A stretch of DNA of 64,000 bases from Diplonema japonicum. Its lineage: Eukaryota; Protista; Euglenozoa: Diplonemea. The notes under the pieces are model-generated. The model saw nothing but the letters and a program-made list of their open reading frames with translations. It ran no database searches and had not been told where the DNA came from. The stretch is from assembly GCA_964019335.1 (NCBI GenBank), contig OZ025745.1, forward strand, positions 62,001 through 126,000. The letters run 5' to 3'. Every line of letters begins with the position of its first letter. Position 1 is the first letter of the stretch. Both the position numbers and the translations under genes were made by a program. Shown here piece after piece: positions 55,128 to 64,000 of this stretch.

Positions 55128-56054
55128 TTAGTAAGAATAAGGGCGGTACGTGTCCACGATTTTGTCAAAGGTCATGCAGTACTGCGCCATGTTGCAAGAG
55201 GGGATCCTGTGGTGCATTTCGTGAAGCCCGGCCTCGTATGAGATCCCCAGAAGGTTCATCCGGACATCGAAAGGCGAATGGTTGCAGATCTGAACAAGCA
55301 GGTATGCCGTGAAAAAACAGACCAACGTGGCAATATGCAACCCTGTAGAATGGAGAGAAAACAACATGGCAGCCCACATGCATAAAAGACCCCCCACTTG
55401 CTCTATGGGGTGGTCATTACCAGCATCCGTGTAGTACCTAGACGGCAGAAAGGAACGGTGATGATGCTTGTGCACATAAGGATACAGCACCTTAACATGC
55501 ATGAGAAGATGAAGAGGGGCATATAACATATCATTGACAAAGAGAAGGGCCCACAATGCTGGAATTGTGTTGTAAAATGTAAGGCCCATTATATTCCAAG
55601 AAAGGGTCTTATCGTGCCAAACGAAGTAAGAGAGGTGCATTAGGAAACCCGTTTCCACGAACGAATTCAAGCCCAGGTACGTGTAGTCGATCCACTCCAG
55701 GGTGTGGTCGCTGTTTTGTATGTTGTGCTCCACGCGGTACTTTAGCCTTCTGTTAGCGTAAAGCACCTCCGTTGCCTTCATGATTCCTTTGTCCATCACT
55801 CTTATGGATATTACTTTTGCAAGGTACCCAATTGCCCATTGCATAGCTGTCATTTCCCAAGGGTTCGCACACGTCCAAAACAGTTCGTTGTGGTTTCTAT
55901 AACCGGCGACCAGCAGCCCCACGACCCCTGCCAAGGCCTGCAGAGACTTGCCGTGTTCCTCCCGCAACTTCCCTGGTATCACCACTGTGGATGCGATGCA
56001 CGCTACAAAACAAATCGCGTCATCGAGGGCAGCATGTGTCTGTTGTGCATCCAT
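55128..56054 (-). CDS. Fatty acid hydroxylase / sterol desaturase superfamily membrane enzyme
   Basis: His boxes HLLMH, HKHHH, HPIE, NH and HEMHH, plus hydrophobic segments. Confidence 0.88.
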   Translation of the reverse strand: MDAQQTHAALDDAICFVACIASTVVIPGKLREEHGKSLQALAGVVGLLVAGYRNHNELFWTCANPWEMTAMQWAIGYLAKVISIRVMDKGIMKATEVLYANRRLKYRVEHNIQNSDHTLEWIDYTYLGLNSFVETGFLMHLSYFVWHDKTLSWNIMGLTFYNTIPALWALLFVNDMLYAPLHLLMHVKVLYPYVHKHHHRSFLPSRYYTDAGNDHPIEQVGGLLCMWAAMLFSLHSTGLHIATLVCFFTAYLLVQICNHSPFDVRMNLLGISYEAGLHEMHHRIPSCNMAQYCMTFDKIVDTYRPYSY

Positions 56055-56285
56055 TTTTTTTTTTTTTTTTTTTTTTTCCTTTTAGAATTTTTTTTTTTAA
56101 TTTTTTTATTTCCCCGGAGGTCCTCTGTACACACACTCGTCTCTTGGCCTCAACATCACAACACAGAAAAAATTCATTGTATTGGTTGCGAAATAAATAG
56201 AGGGGGGGGGGAGAAAAAAAAAGAAAAAAAAAAAGAGTACCATATAAAAAAAAAATGGCTGAAATGTTCCTATCGCCTTTTGTTG

Positions 56286-56318
<33 letters not shown>

Positions 56319-56336
56319 CTGCTGTCCCTCAAAATC

Positions 56337-59300
56337 CTACTCCTCTGACATCTGCATCAATATGTCGATCGTTTTGTTGCGATCGCCTTTTGTGTTGTGC
56401 AAAATGCAGCTGATGACGTCTGGTGTAAAGAGGGGAAACATTTCACGGTAGGTGTCAACACCTATGCTGTCCCGAGATGATGACGCTACGAAGTTACTAC
56501 GGGCAGCAGGAACAGGGGCTTTGGCGACAGGTGCAATGGAACGGCGTGGTTCGTCTTCTTCTTCTTCTTCTTCTTCTTCTTCTTCTTCTTCCTCGTCTGT
56601 CTCATCTCCACCGTTTTCTTCTTCCTCTTCTTGTTCTTCTTTTTCTTCTTCTTCTTTCGCATTCCTCGCCTTGATTGCCCAGATACCTTCTTCAACACTA
56701 GAGAGATCGATCCCTTCCGTACCCAATTTACCCCGTGCTGCATCGATAGATCCACTCGTGACGGAAATGCCAGTCTTCGTCCTGCGAAGGATGTTCAGCC
56801 CTGCTGGGGATACAAGGTGGCAGGAAATTTCGCGAACCATATAGGATAGGTACCCCTGTAGAGGAGCGGTCTCGCTGTATTCGTTGCTGGGGGAAGACCA
56901 AATTGGCGTGTCCACGTCGGTGCGGGAAAAGGTGACGATGGATGTGTAAGCTTGCTGGAACGCTTTGATGAGTTTCGTAAGCTTTTTGGAGTCTAATGCT
57001 CTGGTGAGGTTTGTACGGGATTCTAAGGGGTCGGACACACGGAGGAATCCCTGCCACCCGCGCAGCCTTTCCTCTTCACTCCACTTCCATTCATTTTTCT
57101 TGGTGTACTCCCATGGGTCAGACGATTGGAGCATCCGCTTTGTGTAGCACTCTCTGTGGAAATCGATCCTCCCCGACGGAATGATCACCGCCGAGTTCAC
57201 ATAGTCAAAGTCCCAACCATAATGCTTGTAAAACGCTTTCAGCGCCCTTCCCGTCCATTTGCTTCTGCGATCGATGAAGTCGAACGCTTTCACACCGCTG
57301 TCATCGATCTTTTTGAAGACGAGCAAAGCCGGATCGATGTAACTGAAAGGCAGGCCGTTCGCCTTGCTGAATCGTATTAGAAAGTCTATCGCCATGACAA
57401 GTAAAGCATAAGATGATAGCATGCTGTCCTTTCCGGTCGACCTCACAGCGCCTACCTCTTTCCCCCATGTTTTGACGATGTACAAGAAGGCTTGCCATTC
57501 TGGGTTTTTCATAACAATTTCCCTGATGAGCTGTGTCCCTCTTGGACCGGTGAACCGGACAGACACGTCAAAATCATTGTGGAAAACTAAAGGGAGGTGC
57601 CACGTCCCCGTCACACAGCCCTTGAGCGTCACCCACGGACGCTTAGCCTCCAGGTTTTTGTATTTTTCGAAAAAACCGTTTCCTAGTATTTCGCTGTACT
57701 GAACGTCGGTGCAGGAGAGGTCCGTCAGCGTGGACAGTGCGGTTTCTTCGGTGTCGCACAGCAAAGCCAGCATGAGGAAGGTGCCGTGATCCTCCACGGT
57801 CACAGAGACTTCGGGGGGGAAGTGTTCGCCGATGTCAGAGTATGGTTCGGGTTCGTCTTCGTCCTCTTCGTGTTCGTCGTCGGAGGGCACCTTCTCTATC
57901 TTCACCATTAGGCTTCTTGCATCATCTGACCCTGGGTTGTAGCACCCTACCATCTCCTTGTCGGGCTGGTATTTTATGATAGGAACTCGTGCCTGCGGTA
58001 CTATTGATAAGCTTTTCCCCCATGGTGTTGTTCTGTCCTCCCACCGACCGAGTTTCTTCATGTACTGGTTGCCCAGGATGCTGATTACCGTTGCTTCTGT
58101 TGTTCCCCGTTCCCATAGGATTCCGTGTTTTGTAAGGTTCCCTGTGTCGGGGTCGACAACACCGACTGCTAAATCGGTGTCGGCGCCCTCACGCAAGGCG
58201 AGGCCTTGGAAGGACGACCCGAAGATGGCGACAGAGATGTTCTCGCTTCGCAAGGCTGCCGCGTTGTGGTGTTGGAGCTGATGCGTTTTGTGTTTGAAGC
58301 CGGCCTTCAGTAGAATCTCAACCTGGGTGCGGACCTTGAGCTTCATGTCGAGCTCTGCTTGTGTTTCCATGGCAGCCGCGACTTCAACGGATTTCAAGTC
58401 GGTGAACCGTTCTGTGTTTAATGCCGCCTCGTCGTCGCTCTCGGGAATAGGGAGGGGTGTTTCCTTTTCGGTAGATTCGTGTTGTGCTTCGGTTTCGGCA
58501 TCGCTGGCGTCGCTGTCGTCGTCGCCGTTCTCCTCGGTGAACATTTCCATGTCTAACCATGGTTTTGCGAAGTCTTTGGCCGCAAGAACCTCTGCTACCA
58601 GCGATCCCACATGGATCAGCTTGCACGGTGTGGGGACAATCTTGTCCGGGTTTTTGAAAACGTGTCGTAGCTTAACTTGCAGGGCCCCCGCCGTCTCAGG
58701 CCGCGACAGGTATTCGAGAATCTTAGCAAACACTCCCTTATCTCTCTCGCTGTTAATTAACTTCGCCCGCGCTTCCCCCGGCTGCGACAGGTGCCGGACA
58801 TTCCCTTTGAACCCCAGCATTGTTATGTAATGCGATCCAGGGCGGTCCAATCTGTTTAGTATAATTTGCATGGAAGGGTGGCATGCCGCGATGATCAGCT
58901 TTCTGACGTTGTCTAAAGGTCGGTTCAACGCCCATGAAAGGGTGCCAACGCAGGGCACGATTCCCTCTTGGAGGAGCCACGCGGTTTTGGTGGTGAGGTT
59001 GGCGTACCTCCGGTCCCATTTCCGGCACGCCATGCGGTCCAGCTTGGAATGCTCCTTCAGGAGAGTTTCCCATTGTGCGTAGGACCGAGACCGGACGTCG
59101 TAAAGTTGCTGTGACTCGTCCAGTGCGCGTACTAGCCAGCATTCATTGGCCCATTGCAGCCTCCAACTATAGTACCCGTCTCGTTCCCATTCAAAGTGGT
59201 AGAACGGACACATGAATGCCTTAGTGCGTGTGATCTGTAAGTTTTCGACTTCCGTCAGATTGGTGTCCCACATAGCAGCGTGGTTCTCCCTGCAAGGAAT

Positions 59301-60029
59301 CGTCTTGTATCGCAAAGGGTGGAAAAGGAACTCCATGTCACCATGCGCGTGCATGCATCTTCCCGGTGGTTCGTTTTTGTCACACAGTTCGCATCTTTTG
59401 TCGGCGTACCAATGCTGATCCGGCCGACGGCGTTTAGGAGCAACATGTTGATCGGATTTTGGTGAGAAATATGATTCCCATGTTTCAAGTTTTAAAAGCT
59501 CCGCAGGGGTAAGGCACATCAGATCAAACCTTGAGGTTATAGATAGACCTGTCAGAGGTGTCGAGGTTGGGAGGTTCATGTCTTCTTTTCCTTCTGTTCC
59601 CCCGTCTGTATCTTCAGATGGATACGAAGATGTGTTCGCTGAGTCATCTGATGAATATTCGTCGGAAGATGTGTCAAGACCCCCAAGCCACCCTGCTACC
59701 ACGTCTAGTCCTTCTTTGTCCCTGGATTCCAGGAAGGATTGTAGAGCGTAGGAAATTACTGCTGCTGCGTAACTCACTATGCAGTCTTCTATGTTGCAGC
59801 TGTTTTCATTGATTGTGTCTCGGGCGTCGGATATGAGCTGTTTTCTGCGATCTCCTTTCATGAGGGCAAAAGGGGTCATTCTTCCACGAATAGATTCTTT
59901 CTCGAGGCATTCTAAACACAAGAGGGCGCCGGATTTGATGTGGTGTAAGCTCACTTCCGGGTTCAGCCTCCAGGGAACTGCATTCTCCCCGTGGCCTGTG
60001 CAGTGTCGTAGTGCCGCTTTTTCATTCAT
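56337..60029 (-). CDS. Non-canonical nucleotidyltransferase (TUTase / Cid1-Trf4 superfamily) with N-terminal CCCH zinc fingers and C-terminal CUE-like domain
   Basis: IFGSS...DTD, ARVPIIKY, FDVSV, VKTWGK, LSSYALLVM, FYKHYGWDFDY and VSDPLESRTNL. Unkempt-like CMHAH..EFLFHPLRYKTIPC...CPFYH. C-terminal EMFP...VISCILHNTKGDRNKTIDILMQM. Confidence 0.85.
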   Translation of the reverse strand: MNEKAALRHCTGHGENAVPWRLNPEVSLHHIKSGALLCLECLEKESIRGRMTPFALMKGDRRKQLISDARDTINENSCNIEDCIVSYAAAVISYALQSFLESRDKEGLDVVAGWLGGLDTSSDEYSSDDSANTSSYPSEDTDGGTEGKEDMNLPTSTPLTGLSITSRFDLMCLTPAELLKLETWESYFSPKSDQHVAPKRRRPDQHWYADKRCELCDKNEPPGRCMHAHGDMEFLFHPLRYKTIPCRENHAAMWDTNLTEVENLQITRTKAFMCPFYHFEWERDGYYSWRLQWANECWLVRALDESQQLYDVRSRSYAQWETLLKEHSKLDRMACRKWDRRYANLTTKTAWLLQEGIVPCVGTLSWALNRPLDNVRKLIIAACHPSMQIILNRLDRPGSHYITMLGFKGNVRHLSQPGEARAKLINSERDKGVFAKILEYLSRPETAGALQVKLRHVFKNPDKIVPTPCKLIHVGSLVAEVLAAKDFAKPWLDMEMFTEENGDDDSDASDAETEAQHESTEKETPLPIPESDDEAALNTERFTDLKSVEVAAAMETQAELDMKLKVRTQVEILLKAGFKHKTHQLQHHNAAALRSENISVAIFGSSFQGLALREGADTDLAVGVVDPDTGNLTKHGILWERGTTEATVISILGNQYMKKLGRWEDRTTPWGKSLSIVPQARVPIIKYQPDKEMVGCYNPGSDDARSLMVKIEKVPSDDEHEEDEDEPEPYSDIGEHFPPEVSVTVEDHGTFLMLALLCDTEETALSTLTDLSCTDVQYSEILGNGFFEKYKNLEAKRPWVTLKGCVTGTWHLPLVFHNDFDVSVRFTGPRGTQLIREIVMKNPEWQAFLYIVKTWGKEVGAVRSTGKDSMLSSYALLVMAIDFLIRFSKANGLPFSYIDPALLVFKKIDDSGVKAFDFIDRRSKWTGRALKAFYKHYGWDFDYVNSAVIIPSGRIDFHRECYTKRMLQSSDPWEYTKKNEWKWSEEERLRGWQGFLRVSDPLESRTNLTRALDSKKLTKLIKAFQQAYTSIVTFSRTDVDTPIWSSPSNEYSETAPLQGYLSYMVREISCHLVSPAGLNILRRTKTGISVTSGSIDAARGKLGTEGIDLSSVEEGIWAIKARNAKEEEEKEEQEEEEENGGDETDEEEEEEEEEEEEEDEPRRSIAPVAKAPVPAARSNFVASSSRDSIGVDTYREMFPLFTPDVISCILHNTKGDRNKTIDILMQMSEE

Positions 60030-60403
60030 TTTTTCCCCCCCTTTTTTTTTCTTTTCTTCCGAATTGGATATTTAAAAAAAGAAATAGAAGAAATCCAAGG
60101 GGAGGGGGGAAAAAAAAAGAAGAAGAAGAAAAGAGTCAGGTGGTCATTGTTGTACAATTGATGATTGGCCTGCGAAGGTTAACCAACAAAAGTTGGCCCC
60201 GCTGCTCTTTTTTTTTTTTTTTTTTTTTTTTTCCTTTTTTTTTTCCCCTTCTTTTTAGAAAAGACAATAATTGGTAACGCAACAATTAAAAAAAAAAAAA
60301 AAAAAGACAGGAATAAAAAACGGGGTTAGGAGAAAAGAAACAAAAAAAAAAAAAAAAAAAAAAAGTGTGTATTAGAGTAATTTTTTTTAAAAAAAAAAAC
60401 TTT

Positions 60404-61258
60404 TCACATTCCCGTCCTCTTAAGTGGGACGTCGAATACGAGGGGCGGGTTCTTCGGCTTGTACCTGAAGTTGCACGTGGAGGCGTTGGCAAACAACGTC
60501 TTCCCGTTTGTGGTGACACCGTATCCTTCATGCACATGACCAAAAACATGAAGATAAGGATGCACACGGGTGGTGAGCTCCCGAAAAAGGTCAAGACACC
60601 CAGCACGATGGTTGCCAAAACAAAGATCACCATGCCCCAACGGAGGTCCGTGCGTGATAAGTATATCAGTATCCACAGGTATATCCCTCCAGATTTCCGC
60701 GCATGGCTCCCCACGGGTAGCGTTGAAACCCCAGTCGTGGAATCGAGGGGTCCAAGGTGAGCCCCATATGGTTAACCCTTCTACCACACATGAACTGTTT
60801 TCCAGATACGTTACAGAGTCATTGTCGATTAGCAGCGAACGGCATTCCGCAGGGTCCTGCTTGGTGCTGTGGAAGCTGCTCCAGATGTTGTCGTAATTGG
60901 CTACGTCAAAGGAGGTGTCGTGATTGCCTGCAATCACAATTTTGTGTTTATGTGGTTGTGCGTTGAGCCACTTGTTGAAGTCGACTATATCTTTCAACTC
61001 CCCCGTGTTGCTGAAGTCGCCTGCGTGGATCAAGATGTCACCGTCAGGTATAGGAACATTATATACTAGTTGCATGTCATCTGTTTTGGTGTGTGTGTCC
61101 GAGACACAGACAACACGGAGCGTTCCGTCTTTCTTCTCCTCTTCCGGGTTTTGAAAGTCCTCCCAGTCCAGGTCGGTAACGTCGCCGACTTCCGTTTCTT
61201 TCAATTTGTTCCATGCTAGGGTTGGATCCTCCGGTTTGACATTGGCAAAGTGTTCCAT
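60404..61258 (-). CDS. Metallophosphoesterase, MPPED1/2 (239FB)-like
   Basis: SDTH, HAGDFS, IAGNHD, ITHGPP and HVFGHVHEGYG. Confidence 0.92.
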   Translation of the reverse strand: MEHFANVKPEDPTLAWNKLKETEVGDVTDLDWEDFQNPEEEKKDGTLRVVCVSDTHTKTDDMQLVYNVPIPDGDILIHAGDFSNTGELKDIVDFNKWLNAQPHKHKIVIAGNHDTSFDVANYDNIWSSFHSTKQDPAECRSLLIDNDSVTYLENSSCVVEGLTIWGSPWTPRFHDWGFNATRGEPCAEIWRDIPVDTDILITHGPPLGHGDLCFGNHRAGCLDLFRELTTRVHPYLHVFGHVHEGYGVTTNGKTLFANASTCNFRYKPKNPPLVFDVPLKRTGM

Positions 61259-61323
61259 TTTTTTTTTTTTTTTTTTTTTTTTTTGCCCCTTCTTTTTTTT
61301 TTTTTTTTTTTAAAAGGGTTGGG

Positions 61324-61357
<34 letters not shown>

Positions 61358-61358
<1 letters not shown>

Positions 61359-61656
61359 CACTGTTTGGCAGACCACTCCTCGAACTGCTTCGGGGTCATT
61401 GTTTTTTTAAACACGAACGCGTGGATCTCTTTCATTTCTTCCTCGATCGCCTCGTTTACCATTCTCTGCCTTTGGATCAGTTTAACTCCCTCGAACGCCT
61501 CCGAGACGATAAAAGCCTGTGGGGGTGGTGGTGGTGGGGGAATAACAATACCTCGAACTTATCACCACAGCCGCCTTCACCGATGTCCGTCACTTCGCAT
61601 TTTATAGCGCCGATCGTAGACTTTATTTTGTCCTCGATTTGCTTTGCTGTAACCAT
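61358..61656 (-). CDS. BolA-family protein (BolA2-like); exons 61656-61552, 61516-61358
   Basis: EVTDIGEGGCGDKFE + AFIVSEAFEGVKLIQRQRMVNEAIEEEMKEIHAF after removing the 35-nt GT-AG intron 61517-61551. Not intact in the ORF track. Confidence 0.88.
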
Positions 61657-61963
61657 TTTTTTCTTTTGTTTTTTTTTTTTGTTTTTTGTTTTTCTCCGTC
61701 TCTCCCCCCTTTTTTTTTTTTTCTTCCCCCCTTTCCTTCCACAAATGAAGAAGAACAAATAGGTGGGATAAAAAAAAAAAGAAAAAGAAACATAACAAAA
61801 AGAAGGAAAACAATATAAAAAAAAAGTCCTCCCATAAATATTTTTTTTTATACAACAAAAATCCCTCACTTTTTTTTTTTCCTCCATGCATTACGGCACG
61901 AGAGAGAGAAAAAAAAAATAAGAGGGGGGGAAAAAAAAACAAAACTTTTTTTCTTTTCTTTTT

Positions 61964-64000
61964 TCAACTGCTAAAGAGAAGTTCTGCGGCTGCTTGCTCC
62001 TCCTCTTTTTTTTTCCGGGCTTTTTCGCGTTTGGCCACTTTTGCGTGCTCGGCAGCGGTTTTCCGGTCAGCTTCTTTATGTATTTTTTCCTTTTCTATGG
62101 ACTCAAGCTGTGCAAGAACATCATCTAGCGTGCGTTGCTTTTGCAGCATGTCTTCTGCCTGGCTGAGGTACTTTTCCGTATCAGTTCGAACTCTTGCGAC
62201 TTCTGCTTCTAAACGCTCTTTTTCTTGCGCGCGTTCAACTAAAAAGCTGTTTAGCATCTCCCGCTTTTCGGACAACGCGACCTCTGCTGTCTCTCTCCGT
62301 TTTATTTCTTCCTCCAGCCTTTCGGATAGCCTGGCTATGTCTATCTTTACATCCTCCTGGAATTTTACGAAATCTTTTTCTTTCGTGACTTTTTTTTGAC
62401 TGATATCGTGTAGCTCTTGTTCCTCCCTGCGCACTTTTTCGAGGAGCTCCTGTGATTTTTTCTCAGTGTCTTCCCGTTCCTGGAGAAGTCGGGCGTCATA
62501 ACTGTCCATTTCCTCTTGAAGTTTCGTCCTTGCTTTTTGGTGGTGTGTGAGCTCGTGGTTTGCTTCTTGAAGCTTGCACCTTTGGTAATGCAGACGAATA
62601 ACTTCCTTGTGGAGCTTGTTAGGGATCTCGTTCTCCTTGTGCTGTTTGTTTCGCTTCAACATCTTCTTCAACCTGGCGAGCGTGGCGTGGTCAACCTGGT
62701 TCCCTTTGATAAGAATATTCTGCACAGTTCGATTCTTATCGAGAAGCGAACAGAACGCCTTCCCAGCTTCGTCCGAGATATGGTTCGATGTGAGCTTCAG
62801 ATACTCAAGACTGGTGTTTGCAGCCAGCGAAACACCCAAAGCTATTGTGCCTTGATCGCTGAGACGAGTGGAGTCAAGTTCGAGAGTAACGAGGTATGAG
62901 TTCGTTTCCAAAGTTGAAGCAAGTGCTACTACCCCTTCACAGCGAATCTTATTTCCCGAAAGAGACAGAAAGGTAACCGACACATTGCTCTCCAACTGTT
63001 GCGCCAGCGCCATGCACCCAAGCTCCGTGATGTGGTTACTACTCAAATTAACCGTTTGTAACGATGTGGAGTATTTCAATGCATTCGCCAAACATAGTAC
63101 AGCATCATCCGTCACACCTGTGTTGCGCATGTTGAGCAATGTGACGTGGGACTCGACATAGCACAGGGAGTTGAACAGAGGCGATGTGCCCCGCTCCCCA
63201 AGGCGTGGATTGTCGTGAAAATCTAGCCGTTGTAATGAAATCCGCTGCCGTTTCTCTGCTTTGTCTTGGAAGCACTTGGCGGCGGTCTCGGCGACGCTCG
63301 GTCCTAGATCGTTGCCTTGAAGGCACAGCTCTTGTATGCTGTTTTGCAACATTAGCTTTTGGATTAACTCCGTTGCGCTTTCACTGGCAAGATTCGTGCT
63401 TCCTAGACGAAGGGTTGTCAGTGAGTGGTGTCCATCGCACGCTGATGTGAGCATTTTAAAAGCTTCTTGATCGCCGCCGGATCCTAAAGGGTTGCGGCTC
63501 AAATCCAGAACCTTCAAACTTTTGTTTTTTCTAACCGCGTCTCCGAGTGCTTTACCAGATATCGGGCCGATTTTGTTCGCGTGGGTATCGCTGTCGGAGG
63601 AACCGAGAATGAGAACCTGGATTCGTTTGTGGGCTTGCAATGCCATGGAAAGATGAACCATGCCGAGGTGGCCTATGTCATTGCCTCCGAGGTTGAGGTG
63701 GGTTAGGTGTGCACTGTCTTTGATTAAGCTTCCCAACGATTCCACCCCGCTGTCTCGCAGGAAATTTTCGCATAGGTCTAACTTTTGTAGCGGGACCCTG
63801 AGGAGAGCCTGTGCAATGGCTATGGCTGTGTTGATGCCCAGGCGCATGGTGCGCATGGTGAACTCCTTCTCCGTCACGCCCTTGTCAAACACCTCGCGGA
63901 ACATCTTCGCCCTCTCCGTTGTCATAGTCTCCCGCGTGTCCTTCAGCCACGCCATGAACACCTGTGAAAACAGCTCCTCTGCGTCTTTGCCTTTTCCTAC
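61964..64000 (-). CDS. RNI-like leucine-rich repeat protein with C-terminal coiled coil (5' end beyond the window)
   Basis: Repeated L..L.L..N.I...G units, then a charged coiled coil. The frame is open to the window edge. Confidence 0.88.
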   Translation of the reverse strand, partial: VGKGKDAEELFSQVFMAWLKDTRETMTTERAKMFREVFDKGVTEKEFTMRTMRLGINTAIAIAQALLRVPLQKLDLCENFLRDSGVESLGSLIKDSAHLTHLNLGGNDIGHLGMVHLSMALQAHKRIQVLILGSSDSDTHANKIGPISGKALGDAVRKNKSLKVLDLSRNPLGSGGDQEAFKMLTSACDGHHSLTTLRLGSTNLASESATELIQKLMLQNSIQELCLQGNDLGPSVAETAAKCFQDKAEKRQRISLQRLDFHDNPRLGERGTSPLFNSLCYVESHVTLLNMRNTGVTDDAVLCLANALKYSTSLQTVNLSSNHITELGCMALAQQLESNVSVTFLSLSGNKIRCEGVVALASTLETNSYLVTLELDSTRLSDQGTIALGVSLAANTSLEYLKLTSNHISDEAGKAFCSLLDKNRTVQNILIKGNQVDHATLARLKKMLKRNKQHKENEIPNKLHKEVIRLHYQRCKLQEANHELTHHQKARTKLQEEMDSYDARLLQEREDTEKKSQELLEKVRREEQELHDISQKKVTKEKDFVKFQEDVKIDIARLSERLEEEIKRRETAEVALSEKREMLNSFLVERAQEKERLEAEVARVRTDTEKYLSQAEDMLQKQRTLDDVLAQLESIEKEKIHKEADRKTAAEHAKVAKREKARKKKEEEQAAAELLFSS

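Noticed and set aside
53421-55241. 606-aa ORF and its antisense 368-aa ORF spanning the gap
   Set aside because: They read through the satellite and 200 N, so the C-terminal part is an artefact.
56553-56660. (TTC)n microsatellite as an independent element
   Set aside because: It encodes the poly-Glu linker of the TUTase on the - strand.
1-64000. tRNA, rRNA or spliced-leader RNA genes
   Set aside because: None recognised by eye. A covariance-model search is needed to exclude them.

Overview
Eukaryotic nuclear DNA, most likely a euglenozoan flagellate. A diplonemid is my inference from gene content and architecture and is not proven. From 1 to about 47.8 kb there are about 20 protein genes, all on the + strand, often only 40-120 bp apart and interrupted by tiny (30-45 nt) GT-AG introns. 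They include DNAAF9/Shulin, an LKB1/STK11-like kinase, an F-box protein carrying a dynein microtubule-binding-like domain, cytochrome b5 reductase, Abraxas, N-acylglucosamine 2-epimerase, SUMF1, a PPPDE peptidase, AspRS, NAGLU, YchF and a Ras GTPase. The last is a 2385-aa secreted protein ending in two near-identical GH18 domains that lack the catalytic Glu. The 48-55 kb region is a repeat and mobile-element graveyard: a frameshifted AlkB dioxygenase, tandem repeats, a 5'-truncated CRE-type (CCHC + restriction-like endonuclease) retrotransposon with an acidic tail, and a (CCCGCAAA)n array running into a 200-N gap. Right of the gap all five genes are on the - strand: a sterol desaturase/hydroxylase, a CCCH-TUTase-CUE protein, an MPPED-like phosphoesterase, BolA and an LRR protein. 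The most novel-looking items are the AlkB domain next to the RLE retroelement, the CUE-bearing TUTase, the F-box/dynein-MTBD fusion and the giant double chi-lectin. All family calls rest on motif recognition by eye; no database searches were run.
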